DNA of 62,815 nucleotides, the filler included. It is 5 parts of 5 records of this genome, joined end to end, with 100 filler letters (N's around TTAATTAATTAA, not from the genome) between each part and the next. Parts side by side here need not be neighbours in the genome. Positions count along the whole stretch, not along the records: positions 48,209 to 53,435 come from DRR723986_4165; positions 53,536 to 62,815 come from DRR723986_4170; 3 more parts are not named here. One strand, 5' to 3'. Positions 50,656 through 61,109 of the stretch are shown piece after piece (positions within the stretch are counted from its first letter, which is position 1; each line of letters starts with the position of its first letter). The translations under genes were made by a program, and so were the position numbers. The notes below the pieces were generated by a model that saw only the letters and a program-made list of their open reading frames with translations, ran no database searches and was not told the DNA's origin.

Positions 50656-51264
50656 TCAGGATCCAAAAAATCGCTGTGCCTTGACACGTTCGATCGGGAT
50701 CGGCTTTCCAACTTGGCAGTTCTCATTGACTTTCTGGCATTTAAGGGAAGTCGCACCTCCCAAGACATATTTCAAATTCGCCATCTTCTGCCCGGCCAAC
50801 CGGACAAGGAATGCCTTGGCAGTTTCCATCGCCGTTTTCGAAGGAACACCGTCTAGATTATAGACAACCACCGTACCCGGAGCGAAATCGCCATAATAAG
50901 TGACGTCTTTGATATTAATGGTTTGACCCTCTGAGCCAGAGGTCAGGTAGTACCGTCCAGATGGTTTTTTGAATTTTCCATACATCATGAAAAAACTATA
51001 GGGGCCCGTATCACGAGACTTTTGTTCAGAGTAAGTCGGATAGGGTAAAAAGGTGCTCGCTCCACGCCGCCTCGGCAGACAACCGTCAAGTGTCTTGCCT
51101 TCCGCCTTACAAAAAGAGCCGTACACTCGGGGGGTGTTAAACTTTTTGTTCACAGAAACAACGAACAGTTTCTTTTTTTCACCGGTAATATTTAGTGACT
51201 GTGCCGCCACCTCTTGAACCCAAATGGATCCAAGAAGAGCGATGCAAAGAGTCAGAAATTTCAT
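50656..51264 (-). CDS. Secreted basic hypothetical protein
   Basis: Start MKFLTLCIALLG with GAGG RBS and signal peptide; Lys-rich, two Cys pairs; AT-richer than neighbours. Confidence 0.7.
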   Translation of the reverse strand: MKFLTLCIALLGSIWVQEVAAQSLNITGEKKKLFVVSVNKKFNTPRVYGSFCKAEGKTLDGCLPRRRGASTFLPYPTYSEQKSRDTGPYSFFMMYGKFKKPSGRYYLTSGSEGQTINIKDVTYYGDFAPGTVVVYNLDGVPSKTAMETAKAFLVRLAGQKMANLKYVLGGATSLKCQKVNENCQVGKPIPIERVKAQRFFGS

Positions 51265-51280
51265 AATCCCACCCTCAAAT

Positions 51281-52813
51281 TCACAACGGAATGTTGTCGT
51301 GTTTTTTCCACGGGTTCTTGAGTGACTTGTTGCGCAAGGATGCAAACGCCCGCGCCACGCGCTTGCGAGTCGACTTGGGCTGGATGACCTCGTCGATAAA
51401 GCCCTTTTCAGCCGCCACAAACGGGTTAGCAAAACGGTCTTCGTAATCCTTGGTATGTGCCGCGATCTTTTCCGCATCACCCAAATCCGCACGGTGGATG
51501 ATTTCGGTGGCACCCTTGGCCCCCATCACCGCAATTTCCGCAGTTGGCCAAGCGTAATTGAAATCGCCGCGCAGGTGCTTGGACGCCATAACGTCATACG
51601 CGCCACCATAGGCCTTGCGGGTAATCACAGTGACTTTTGGCACTGTCGCTTCGCCATAAGCAAACAACAGCTTTGCACCGTGTTTGATGACGCCACCATA
51701 TTCCTGGCTTGTGCCCGGCAAGAAGCCCGGCACGTCGACCAAGGTCAGGATCGGAATCTCGAAACAGTCACAGAACCGCACAAAACGCGCCGCTTTGCGG
51801 CTGGAATCGATGTCCAGACACCCGGCCAGGATCATCGGCTGGTTCGCAACAACACCCACAGTCTGCCCTTCGAGGCGAACAAAACCAGTGATGATGTTCT
51901 TGGCGTAGTCTTCCTGGATCTCATAGAAATCGCCCTCATCCGCCAATTTGGTGATGAGCTCTTTCATATCATACGGCGTGTTCGGGTTTTCCGGCACCAG
52001 CGTATCGAGCGACGTCTCGATGCGGGATGTCTCGTCAAAGAACGGACGCACCGGGGGCTTTTCGCGATTATTCAACGGCAAGAAGTCCACCAAACGACGC
52101 ACTTCGGCCAAAGCCTCCACATCGTTTTCAAAGGCGCCATCAGCAACGCTGGATTTCCTGGTGTGCGTGGACGCGCCACCCAACTCTTCCGCCGTCACGA
52201 CTTCGTTGGTCACGGTCTTGACCACATCCGGGCCCGTGACAAACATGTAAGAGGTGTCTTTGACCATGAAGATAAAGTCGGTCATCGCTGGCGAATACAC
52301 CGCGCCACCGGCGCAAGGGCCCATGATCAGGCTGATCTGCGGCACTACGCCACTGGCCATAATGTTGCGCTGGAACACCTCGGCATAGCCCGCAAGCGAG
52401 GCGACGCCTTCTTGAATACGCGCACCGCCTGAGTCGTTGATGCCGATGACAGGCGCACCATTCTGGATCGCCATATCCTGGATTTTGCAGATCTTTTGAG
52501 CGTGCGTTTCAGACAGCGATCCACCAAATACGGTGAAGTCCTGCGAGAAAACATAAACCATACGGCCGTTAATCGTGCCCCAACCGGTGATAACGCCATC
52601 GCCCGCAGGACGTTGTTTTTCCATGCCAAAATCGGTGCAACGATGGGCAACGAACATATCGAACTCTTCGAAGCTGTCCTCATCCAAGAGCAGCTCGATC
52701 CGCTCGCGGGCTGTCAGTTTACCGCGCCCATGCTGCGCATCGATCCGCTTTTGCCCACCACCCAGTCGCGCGGCTTCGCGGCGATCTTCGAGCTCGGAAA
52801 GGATGTCCTTCAT
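51281..52813 (-). CDS. pccB: Propionyl-CoA carboxylase beta (carboxyltransferase) subunit
   Basis: [55 protein letters not shown]. Confidence 0.96.
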   Translation of the reverse strand: MKDILSELEDRREAARLGGGQKRIDAQHGRGKLTARERIELLLDEDSFEEFDMFVAHRCTDFGMEKQRPAGDGVITGWGTINGRMVYVFSQDFTVFGGSLSETHAQKICKIQDMAIQNGAPVIGINDSGGARIQEGVASLAGYAEVFQRNIMASGVVPQISLIMGPCAGGAVYSPAMTDFIFMVKDTSYMFVTGPDVVKTVTNEVVTAEELGGASTHTRKSSVADGAFENDVEALAEVRRLVDFLPLNNREKPPVRPFFDETSRIETSLDTLVPENPNTPYDMKELITKLADEGDFYEIQEDYAKNIITGFVRLEGQTVGVVANQPMILAGCLDIDSSRKAARFVRFCDCFEIPILTLVDVPGFLPGTSQEYGGVIKHGAKLLFAYGEATVPKVTVITRKAYGGAYDVMASKHLRGDFNYAWPTAEIAVMGAKGATEIIHRADLGDAEKIAAHTKDYEDRFANPFVAAEKGFIDEVIQPKSTRKRVARAFASLRNKSLKNPWKKHDNIPL

Positions 52814-52878
52814 GACGATTGTCCCCTATGAAATTTTAGCGGACCATATATTCAGTTGGCGTGAGGCCAAAGCCTTTT

Positions 52879-52934
52879 TCCGCAAATTTGCAAACTCCAT
52901 CAAAGTCAAGCAAAGCTAAATGCAAATTAGCTAA
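52879..52934. promoter_or_regulatory. Putative PccR operator upstream of pccB
   Basis: Perfect TTTGCAAA (52887-52894) plus degenerate copies TCCGCAAA, CAAGCAAA-N4-AATGCAAA, TTAGCTAA. Confidence 0.6.
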
Positions 52935-52985
52935 TTATCATATTAACCACACGTAGTGTTGGACATATCCAAACCGCAGGCATAG

Positions 52986-53435
52986 ATGCGAAGTATGCAT
53001 TCCAATCCCGCGACCACCGCCCCCCACCGCAGCCCCCCAAAGATCACCACGTTGATCCTGCTTTCAGGGCTGTCCGCGCTCGGAATGAACATCTTTCTGC
53101 CCAGTCTTCCGAATATGACGGAATACTATCAGACCGATTATCGCCTGATGCAGCTTTCGGTCGCGCTCTATCTGCTCGTCAACGCGGTGATGCAGATTCT
53201 GATCGGCCCCCTCGGAGACAAAGCAGGTCGACGACCGGTTATCTTGTGGGGGCTGTCCCTATTCCTTTTGGCAACGTTGGGTTGCATTTTCTCGCCCACC
53301 GCTGAGATTTTCTTGTTCTTCCGTATGTGTCAGGCCGTCATCGCCGTCGGCGTTGTTCTCAGCCGTGCAGCCGTGCGCGATATGTACGAACAGGATCAGG
53401 CGGCATCGATGATTGGCTATGTCACGATGGGCATG
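52986..53435 (+). CDS. Bcr/CflA-family MFS transporter (3'-truncated)
   Basis: MNIFLPSLP, GPLGDKAGRRPV, FRMCQA, RAAVRD. Confidence 0.9.
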
Positions 53436-53535
53436 NNNNNNNNNNNNNNNNNNNNNNNNNNNNNNNNNNNNNNNNNNNNTTAATTAATTAANNNNNNNNN
53501 NNNNNNNNNNNNNNNNNNNNNNNNNNNNNNNNNNN
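53436..53535. other. Artificial contig spacer
   Basis: 44 N + TTAATTAATTAA + 44 N. Confidence 0.99.
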
Positions 53536-54564
53536 GGGCTCGATTACGAGGTGCTGGAGGACACGCCACTGATGTCGTCGCCCGGCCTGCCTCTGCCCGG
53601 CCGCGTAGGCGGGCTCGGCTATCTGACGCGAACACTGCCGGCCTTGCGACGAACGCTGAAAAAGATCGATCCCGATATCGTGCATACGAACGAAGGACGC
53701 ATGCACGCCAACTGGATCATGCCGAGCAAACTGTCTGGTTGTCGCCACCTCTGGCATCATCGTCAGGACCCGGCCGCGAAAGGGGCGAACACGCTCGCCC
53801 CCTTGCTTGCCGACCATATCGTGAGCGTTTCACATTACGCCATGCCATCACGCCCGATCCGGCCGATTGGCGACCGTGCAAGCGTGATCCGAAGTCCTTT
53901 CGATTTTCCAGCCATACGGCCCGATCGCACAAATTCCCATGACAAGCTTTGCGACGAACTCGGCCTGCCGAGGGACGCGGTGCTGCTCGGGTACTTCGGC
54001 TCGATCATCAAACGCAAACGTCCCGACGGCTTTGTTCGGGTGGTCGATGCGGTTCGCCGCGCCTTGCCGGGGCGTCAGGTACACGGACTGCTGTTCGGCG
54101 ATACCGTCGATGCAACCCGGGGCCTGGACGAAACCTGCAAGGCGCTGGTCAGTAGCCTGGGACTGAACGACAATTTTCATTTCATGGGCTTCCGCTCACC
54201 GGTTTTCGAGGCAATGAGCGGTGTCGATGTCATGCTTGTTCCGGCTGTCAACGAGCCATTCGGCCGGACCCTGATCGAAAGCATGTATCTGGGGACGCCT
54301 GTCGTCGCGACACGGCACGGTGGCAACATCGAAGCGATCTCGGACGGTCTGACGGGGTTCCTTGTTGAGCCGGACGATCCGGAGAGCTTTGTCGAACCTA
54401 TTTGCAAACTGCTCAGTGACCCTTTGTTGCAAACCCGGATTGCCGACGCGGCGCAGGCAGATGCCGCGGCCAAGTATGGCGCCGAACGCCATGTTTCCGA
54501 AATTTCCCGCCTTTACGAACAGCTCGTCGAAGGCACCCAGGTAGCAGGTACCGCATATGCTTGA
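53536..54564 (+). CDS. Glycosyltransferase family 4 (5'-truncated)
   Basis: PDIVHTN, EPFGRTLIESM (Ex7E), PVVATRHGG, GLTGFLV. Confidence 0.92.
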   Translation, partial: GLDYEVLEDTPLMSSPGLPLPGRVGGLGYLTRTLPALRRTLKKIDPDIVHTNEGRMHANWIMPSKLSGCRHLWHHRQDPAAKGANTLAPLLADHIVSVSHYAMPSRPIRPIGDRASVIRSPFDFPAIRPDRTNSHDKLCDELGLPRDAVLLGYFGSIIKRKRPDGFVRVVDAVRRALPGRQVHGLLFGDTVDATRGLDETCKALVSSLGLNDNFHFMGFRSPVFEAMSGVDVMLVPAVNEPFGRTLIESMYLGTPVVATRHGGNIEAISDGLTGFLVEPDDPESFVEPICKLLSDPLLQTRIADAAQADAAAKYGAERHVSEISRLYEQLVEGTQVAGTAYA

Positions 54565-55387
54565 CTCAAACATACGATTTCTGATTTTCGGCGCGGCCAA
54601 GTCCGCAACGACCTGGCTGCAAAGATCTCTGGAGCGCAGTCCGACGATATCGATGCCCAGCCCGGAGCTGCATTACTTTTCCGATGAGTATCACCGTGGA
54701 GCGGACTGGTACCTGTCTCAATTCGACTTCAGTAAACCGGGCGCAATCGTCGGAGAGAAGTCGAATACCTATCTCACGCAGCCCGAGGCGGCAGAGCGCA
54801 TCCAGCGGGACCTTCCCGATGTCCGGCTGATCGTTCAGATGCGGGAACCTTCGGCGCGTGCCTACTCCGATTATTGCATGCTCTTGCGACGCGGGGAGGT
54901 GTCTCGAAACATCGAGGATCATCTCGACCCGGCGAAGGCCGCGGGCCAGCGTTTCATCAACGACGGCCGTTATGCCCTGCATCTTCGCCGGTTCTACGAT
55001 CTGTTCCCGCCGGAGCAGATTCTGCTGCTGCTGTTCGAGGATATCCGGCGCCAGCCTGAAAATCAGCTCGCCCGCCTTGCCACGCATATCGGTCACGAGG
55101 CACCGCTGGCTCCTCCGGTGGACAGCAAGGTGAAAGACAAGAACGCCGCCATCGTTCCACTGCCCTTGCGCAAGGTCCTGAAGCCGTTTCGCCCCGTTCT
55201 GGACGGCGTTCGGCACACCAGGCCAATGAGGGTGCTCCGCGATGCCGTCGCCCGGCCACAGGAATATCCGCCGTTGAGCCCCGATCTGGAAAAAAGGCTG
55301 CAGGACTTTTTCGCTCCGGAAGTCAGCGAACTTGAACAGCGGATCGGCAGACCGCTCGACGTCTGGCAGGGTGCACGAAAGGCGTGA
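54557..55387 (+). CDS. PAPS-dependent sulfotransferase
   Basis: IFGAAKSATTWL (5'-PSB), ELHYF, GEKSNTY, REPSARAYS (3'-PB). Confidence 0.92.
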   Translation: MLDSNIRFLIFGAAKSATTWLQRSLERSPTISMPSPELHYFSDEYHRGADWYLSQFDFSKPGAIVGEKSNTYLTQPEAAERIQRDLPDVRLIVQMREPSARAYSDYCMLLRRGEVSRNIEDHLDPAKAAGQRFINDGRYALHLRRFYDLFPPEQILLLLFEDIRRQPENQLARLATHIGHEAPLAPPVDSKVKDKNAAIVPLPLRKVLKPFRPVLDGVRHTRPMRVLRDAVARPQEYPPLSPDLEKRLQDFFAPEVSELEQRIGRPLDVWQGARKA

Positions 55388-55391
55388 CCTG

Positions 55392-56537
55392 ATGGACTAC
55401 GTTGGCAGCGAAGGTGCTGGACTGGAGGTTGGAACGGACACTGCCGCGCCGGTCATGCATGTGATTACGAATTTCGCCGCCAGCGGCGGAGCGGAAACGA
55501 TGCTGGCAAGGCTCCTGGCAGCGACATCCGAACCGGCAATCGTGGTCCCTCTGATCGGCGTTTCAGAGCGCAACCTGAGTTTGGCCGGACGACCGGACGT
55601 GGAATATCATCCGCTCAACGCACGCGGAGCGGTGCACATGCCGGGTGCAATCCTGAAACTGACAGGGCTGATGCGGGCGAAGCGCCCGCGAGCGGTGCTG
55701 TGCTGGATGTATCATGCAATGGTTGTCGGCACCTTGTCGGCGCGCTTGGCTGGGGCGCCGCCCGTCTTCTGGACAGTGCGCCAGGCACTTGACGATCCGC
55801 GCAGCCTGACGCGAAGCACGCGCGTCGCCGTTGCAGGGGCACGCATGCTATCGTATCGCGCTGCCGGCATCGTTTACAATTCTGCACGGGCAAGAGAGCA
55901 GCACGAACAGTATGGCTATGCCGCGCGGTTCGGAAAGGTCATCCCGAACGGCGTCGTGGTTCCCGAGCAGGCGGACCCCACGCCGCGCAAGGCCCGTGTG
56001 TTCGGTATAGCCGCGCGCTTTCATCCTCAAAAGGACCACTTGAACTTCTTCCGGGCCGCAGCGCAAATGGCCGCACAATTTCCCGATGCTCGCTTTGTTG
56101 CCGCAGGTTTCGGTCTTGATGACCGCAACAGCGAAGTTCTGGCCATGATTGAAGACGCAGGGCTTGATCCGGCACGTCTGGAATTGCTTGGGGAGCTGCG
56201 TGACATGGGGGATTTCTATTCGCAGATAGATGTCCTCGTCCTGTCGTCCAGAACGGAAGGGTTCCCGAATGTCGTCGCCGAAGCCATGAGCCATGCCCGT
56301 CCGGTGGTCACCACCAATGTCGGCGACGCGGCACTTGTTGTCGCGGATACCGGCAAGGTTGTTTCACCGGGCGATCCAGATGCGCTGTGCGATGCGATGG
56401 CCGAATTTGCCCGAATGCCCCCCGAGCAGGTTGCCGATCTCGGCAAAAGAGCTCGGCAGCGCATCGTGGAGAACTACCAGGTGAAGCACATTCTCGGTGA
56501 ATACCAGGAAGTTCTGTCGCAGCGTGGTCCAGCCTGA
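55392..56537 (+). CDS. Glycosyltransferase family 4
   Basis: GGAETML, WMYHA, ARFHPQKDH, SSRTEGFPNVVAEAM, TNVGDA. Confidence 0.92.
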   Translation: MDYVGSEGAGLEVGTDTAAPVMHVITNFAASGGAETMLARLLAATSEPAIVVPLIGVSERNLSLAGRPDVEYHPLNARGAVHMPGAILKLTGLMRAKRPRAVLCWMYHAMVVGTLSARLAGAPPVFWTVRQALDDPRSLTRSTRVAVAGARMLSYRAAGIVYNSARAREQHEQYGYAARFGKVIPNGVVVPEQADPTPRKARVFGIAARFHPQKDHLNFFRAAAQMAAQFPDARFVAAGFGLDDRNSEVLAMIEDAGLDPARLELLGELRDMGDFYSQIDVLVLSSRTEGFPNVVAEAMSHARPVVTTNVGDAALVVADTGKVVSPGDPDALCDAMAEFARMPPEQVADLGKRARQRIVENYQVKHILGEYQEVLSQRGPA

Positions 56538-56562
56538 AGGCACACTTGCGGCCCACAGTTAG

Positions 56563-57234
56563 CTATTTCATCGAAACCGTCTGGACCGTCAACGCGCCGT
56601 CGAGTTCATCCAGCGACGTTATTTCGACATGGGCCGCGTGTGCATCATCTTTCGCGTGCGGCGGATGCACGGCGCCCGCCCGCCGGACCTGAACGGTGAT
56701 CCAGCCGCGCGCTTTTGGCGTCACGAAGTCCTTGGCGGGATTGTCGGCGACGTAGACCATCGGCCCGTCGCCTGCTGCAAGTCCTTCCATTTCCTCGTAA
56801 GCGCGGGGATGCGGTTTGCCATATCCTTGAGGCCAATCTCCGGTCTTGCGGATATTCTCAATCCAGCGGTCAAGACCAAGGGCAACGATCTTGGCGTTTT
56901 GAGTTTCCGCGGGACCGTCCGTAATCAGACCGAACGGACCGCGGTGACGCTCAAGAAAACGCGCCGCGTCCGGAGCCAGCGCAATCTGCGGCGGGTGGCC
57001 ACGGTAAGCCGCAACAAGATCAGCGATCAAATGGCTGTCGCCGCCGTGTCCGAGCCTTTCAAGCGCGCGGTTGAAGATCTGACGCCGCTCGCCTTCCTCG
57101 AACAACACCCTGCAGGCGTTGCCAAAGCCTTCCAGGCTTTCGCGTTCTTTCACCCAACCGTCGAGAAAACGATAGCCGCTGAACGCAAACTCCCGCTCCA
57201 GGTAGAGCGTATCGTCCAGATCAAAAACAATCAT
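56563..57234 (-). CDS. HAD-family hydrolase
   Basis: FDLDDTLY, LITDG, KPHP, YVADNPAKDF. Confidence 0.92.
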   Translation of the reverse strand: MIVFDLDDTLYLEREFAFSGYRFLDGWVKERESLEGFGNACRVLFEEGERRQIFNRALERLGHGGDSHLIADLVAAYRGHPPQIALAPDAARFLERHRGPFGLITDGPAETQNAKIVALGLDRWIENIRKTGDWPQGYGKPHPRAYEEMEGLAAGDGPMVYVADNPAKDFVTPKARGWITVQVRRAGAVHPPHAKDDAHAAHVEITSLDELDGALTVQTVSMK

Positions 57235-57363
57235 CGCAATCCGCCAGTTAACGAATGTGAGGTCGACCGGACAACGCTACCGGCCAAAGCTTCTACTGCC
57301 AGGACAGAGCCGAGGTGCGGGTCCTGACAAAAGACCATTGCGGCTCCGGCAAACCTGAGACGA

Positions 57364-58335
57364 TCAGCCGTCGTAGATCGCGCTGTCGTATCGGAGCATT
57401 TTGACATTTTCTCGCCAGTCGTCGTTTGCGCTGCACGGGAGGCCCGACACTTCCTCAAGAAGCCATTGTGCAAAACGCGCACCCGCATGGTCGGCCAAGG
57501 GATACCCGCCCCCAAATCTTGCATTGATTTCAATGACACGCGGTCCCAGCTCCGGGTCGTCGATCACCTGGAAACAGGCGACGCCGGTCAGGCTCGGCAA
57601 GGCCCGGTGCACGCCTTCGGCGATTTGCCGGAAGTCATCCCGTCGCACCGTTCTTCCCTTCTCGACTTCACCCGCGCGGATCTGGATGCGCAGATGAGGA
57701 ACCACCGTTCGCAGGCTGCCGCCTGAATCGACGAACATGTTGATCGTGTATTCCGGGCCACGCAGAAACTGCTGGAAGACCATTGGTTCCTCAAAACGGC
57801 CGGGCAGCTCTTCGATAGCCTGAAAGACCTGCAGTCCCCGGCTGGCGCTACCGCCGCTCGGCTTTGCAAACACCGGCCAGCCGAGTGCATCCGGATCGGA
57901 CAGCAACGCCTCGTGTCCCAGCGATTTCGGCACCGGCACGCCTGCCGCCTCGAGCATTTCAGACGTCAGCCGCTTGTCCCTCACAATTTCGATGACTTCA
58001 GTCGAAGCCACATGCACCCGCGCTCCCAGCTTGATGAACGCGTCAGATACGCAGGCAAGCGCCATCAACTCCGTGTCAATCGTTGGAACCACCAGATCGA
58101 CCCTATTGTCACGCACAATGTCGAGAATGGCGTTGGCATAGCTCGGGTCGTCGCAACGCGGCACGGCAAATGCCCGATCCGCAGCTGCGCATGCTGCACT
58201 TAAATCCGGAGCAAGGTCACAGGCGAGGATTTCCAGCTGGATTCCCAGATGGTCGGCAGCAGATCGGAAACATTGAAGCAAACCAACGCGGCGTCCCGCA
58301 GAACAAAGCAGCAATCGTAATTTTTTGACCGGCAC
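57364..58335 (-). CDS. ATP-grasp domain protein
   Basis: SAGRRV, VVPTIDTEL, DKRLT, AKPSGGSAS, GPEYT, EINARFGGGYP. Confidence 0.9.
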   Translation of the reverse strand: MPVKKLRLLLCSAGRRVGLLQCFRSAADHLGIQLEILACDLAPDLSAACAAADRAFAVPRCDDPSYANAILDIVRDNRVDLVVPTIDTELMALACVSDAFIKLGARVHVASTEVIEIVRDKRLTSEMLEAAGVPVPKSLGHEALLSDPDALGWPVFAKPSGGSASRGLQVFQAIEELPGRFEEPMVFQQFLRGPEYTINMFVDSGGSLRTVVPHLRIQIRAGEVEKGRTVRRDDFRQIAEGVHRALPSLTGVACFQVIDDPELGPRVIEINARFGGGYPLADHAGARFAQWLLEEVSGLPCSANDDWRENVKMLRYDSAIYDG

Positions 58336-58538
58336 AACAAATTCTCCGGAAATGTGAGAGGTAATTCAAATGGAATATCAATTCAGTATACGCGGCAATT
58401 TCGACCGCAGAGAGAATATAACCAGCCTTGGCTAGTTTGTGAATTCAGTTTCACGAACGTAATGAAGTCAGCGTGATCTTTTTGATTGTTGAAATTCACC
58501 TGCGTAACAAATTTGCCGGCATGCTCATCTTGGTGTCG

Positions 58539-59660
58539 TCACGTTGTTGGAAGCGCTTCAGCCTTTCCACGTTTCTCAACGTCCCCCTGCGGTTCCTTGA
58601 TCGAGACAAGGCCGGTGAGAAGCAGTGCGATGAGGTCTGCCTGACGATTGGTTCCGGTCTTTTCGAAGAGATTGCGCAAATGAAAAGCGACTGTCGTCGG
58701 TGCGATTGAAAGCTCCTGCGCAATGTCTTCCTTTCGCCGACCCTGCGCCAACGCACGGGCGACCTCCGATTCAGTCGGCGTCAGATCGAACAGGCCTGCC
58801 AGGATCTCGTCCGGCATCCTTGGCCGATGCGCGAGATCCGAAATGAATATCACCGCCTTCGCGTCATCGTTCGGCAATCCCGTACTGTCCGGGAGCGAAC
58901 AGACCGTAAGCAGAAAATCACGGCGTCCGGACGGTCTTTGCACCGTCAGGCTGGCAAGGTGGTCCTGGCCCTTACAGGCAGCCTCACAGGCATTCGCCAG
59001 CAGTTTCCTGATATCGTTGGCGAGCTGCGATGAACCGGTATGGAGTGTCCGGTCGATCACCAGCCCGTCCCTGGCCATATGTATTTCCCGAGCTGCTCTA
59101 TTTGCGAAGACAACACCGGCCAACGACACCAGCACGATACCGAAGGAAAGCACGTTGAGAACACTCTCCATGCCGTTCATTCCAAGCGATCGGTCCGATC
59201 CACTGCCTGCCAGGGCCTGCCGAAGCGTTTCCAGTTCGTTTTTTTGCCTGTCATCGATCCGGCTGACCTGGCGCAAGCGAGCCTCGATCGTCGCCAGCAA
59301 CAGGTCATAGTCTATCGGTTTGACCAGATAATCGTCCGCGCCCGCGCGCTTGCCATGAATGATCTCGTCGCGCTGGTTTAGCGCCGTCAGGAAAACGAAA
59401 GGAACATCTGCGAGGTGCGTGTGCCTGCCTCTGACGGTTTCGAGCAAGCCGTAACCGTCGAGCCGGGGCATGGAGATATCGCACAAGATGAGGTGCGGGC
59501 GGATCGTTTTCAGCACGTCCAGCGCTTCACGGCCATCAGCTGCACCGACCGCGTCATAGCCTGCAGCGGAAAGTTCATCGATGATGTCCTGGCGAAGATG
59601 GCACTGGTCCTCAACACAGAGAACCGTCAGTTTCTGACCGGATTTGGGCATCGATTGCAT
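58539..59660 (-). CDS. Response regulator REC-(PAS-like)-LuxR HTH
   Basis: VEDQ, CDISMPRLDG, FLTA, YLVKP; C-terminal LTPTESEVARALAQG...TVAFHLRNLFEKTG. Confidence 0.9.
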   Translation of the reverse strand: MQSMPKSGQKLTVLCVEDQCHLRQDIIDELSAAGYDAVGAADGREALDVLKTIRPHLILCDISMPRLDGYGLLETVRGRHTHLADVPFVFLTALNQRDEIIHGKRAGADDYLVKPIDYDLLLATIEARLRQVSRIDDRQKNELETLRQALAGSGSDRSLGMNGMESVLNVLSFGIVLVSLAGVVFANRAAREIHMARDGLVIDRTLHTGSSQLANDIRKLLANACEAACKGQDHLASLTVQRPSGRRDFLLTVCSLPDSTGLPNDDAKAVIFISDLAHRPRMPDEILAGLFDLTPTESEVARALAQGRRKEDIAQELSIAPTTVAFHLRNLFEKTGTNRQADLIALLLTGLVSIKEPQGDVEKRGKAEALPTT

Positions 59661-59861
59661 CAACTGCTCTTTGAACCAGACCACGTTGAAATCTGACCGT
59701 GATGAGCCCGATAGTCGGTTCCATGGATGGCGGCGTCAATGGGCGGTCTTTCTTGACGCGATTTCATTCACCTGTCCCCGTTCAAACGCAGGGGGACAGC
59801 ACTCACGTTCGACAATATTCTCCCGCCATATTGCAACAGAGCGTTCAAGGAGACGCCAAAT

Positions 59862-60842
59862 ATGTGGGATTTTTCTATCGGCCGTGCATTAGGCCTGATG
59901 TTTCAGACACTGCCTTTCATCATCTTGCGCATGGCGGTCTATTTCGGAGCTGCCGTTGCCTACATTCTTGCAACGGGTGTCGGTGCCGGGGTCGGCTGGG
60001 GCATCGGCGGGTTCGGCGATGCCGATTTCCAGGCAACGACCACGACCTGGGGCGGCGTCATCGGGTTCGGTGCGGTCGCCGTCGTGATGTATCTGCTGAG
60101 AGAATACGTTCTCTATGTCGTCAAGGCCGGGCACATTGCCGTTCTGGTCAAGCTGCTCGACGGCAAGGAGATGCCGGGCGGGCGGTCCCAGATTTCCTAC
60201 GCCCGCGAAGAAGTCTCTCAAAGGTTTATGCAAGCCAGTGTGCTTTTCGGCGTCGACCAGCTGATAAAGGGTGTGCTGCGCGCAATCACGGGCCTGGTGC
60301 GGGGCGTCTTCACGCTTCTGCCGATCCCCGGTGCACGGCAACTGATCTCGATTGCCGAGGCCTTCCTGCGCATTGCCGTCGGTTTCATCGACGAAGTTAT
60401 CCTAGCCTATACGATCCGGACAAATTCGGACAACGTGTGGGCTTCGTCCCGGAGCGGGCTGGTGCTTTACGCCCAGAATTACAAACCGATGCTCAAGAAT
60501 GCCGCCTGGCTCACTCTTATCGTCTACGGCCTTTCGTTTCTTGTCTTCCTCGTCATGTTGGCTCCGGCCGCCCTGGTCGCATATCTCGTTCCAGGCAGCT
60601 GGTCTGCGGGCGGCATCGTGTTTGCAATTTTGTTTGCGTGGTCCGTCAAGTCCGCTTTGCTGGAGCCTTTTGCAGTCACCTGCATCATGGAGGTCTACTT
60701 CCGGACAATCGAAGGACAACAGCCTGATCCGGCCTGGGAAGCCAAGCTCGAACAGCTTTCGACGAAATTTTCCAGTCTGAAGGAAAAGGCGGCGTCCTAT
60801 CAGCCTCCCCGGATCAACGATCCTGTCAAGGCGGCTGGCTGA
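59862..60842 (+). CDS. Multi-pass membrane protein of unknown function
   Basis: AAGGAG RBS, 326 aa, 4-5 hydrophobic segments, VKAGHIAV, IDEVILAY. Confidence 0.8.
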   Translation: MWDFSIGRALGLMFQTLPFIILRMAVYFGAAVAYILATGVGAGVGWGIGGFGDADFQATTTTWGGVIGFGAVAVVMYLLREYVLYVVKAGHIAVLVKLLDGKEMPGGRSQISYAREEVSQRFMQASVLFGVDQLIKGVLRAITGLVRGVFTLLPIPGARQLISIAEAFLRIAVGFIDEVILAYTIRTNSDNVWASSRSGLVLYAQNYKPMLKNAAWLTLIVYGLSFLVFLVMLAPAALVAYLVPGSWSAGGIVFAILFAWSVKSALLEPFAVTCIMEVYFRTIEGQQPDPAWEAKLEQLSTKFSSLKEKAASYQPPRINDPVKAAG

Positions 60843-61109
60843 TCATCACGCACGCAGTCAGGACTGCCTTGTCCTGTCTGCACCGGCATCCGGCAATTCA
60901 GCGCCTTGTTTCTTGTTGTTCGCGTCGCGGGAACTCGGGACAGGGCGAAATACGCAATTTTCGGCGAGTGCAACATCGGAGGTCTGGCATCGGTTGAATG
61001 TTTGCAACATCAACAACCGGTGCCATAATGATTTTTTTGACCTTTGCGGACCCGATCATTGATTGAAGCATTTGAAAAACAAGCGTTACCTGCAACGAGA
61101 CGAAAAGAC

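Noticed and set aside
51455-52432. 325-aa plus-strand ORF and similar long antisense ORFs (e.g. 2980-3642, 54566-55216)
   Set aside because: Shadow frames of well-conserved genes on the opposite strand; no motifs
59699-60727. 342-aa Arg/Cys-rich ORF overlapping 59862-60842
   Set aside because: Alternative frame of a GC-rich gene; the 59862 frame has the RBS and a coherent TM pattern
60985-61026. Sigma-54 promoter (TGGCA on both strands)
   Set aside because: No GC at the required GG-N10-GC spacing on either strand
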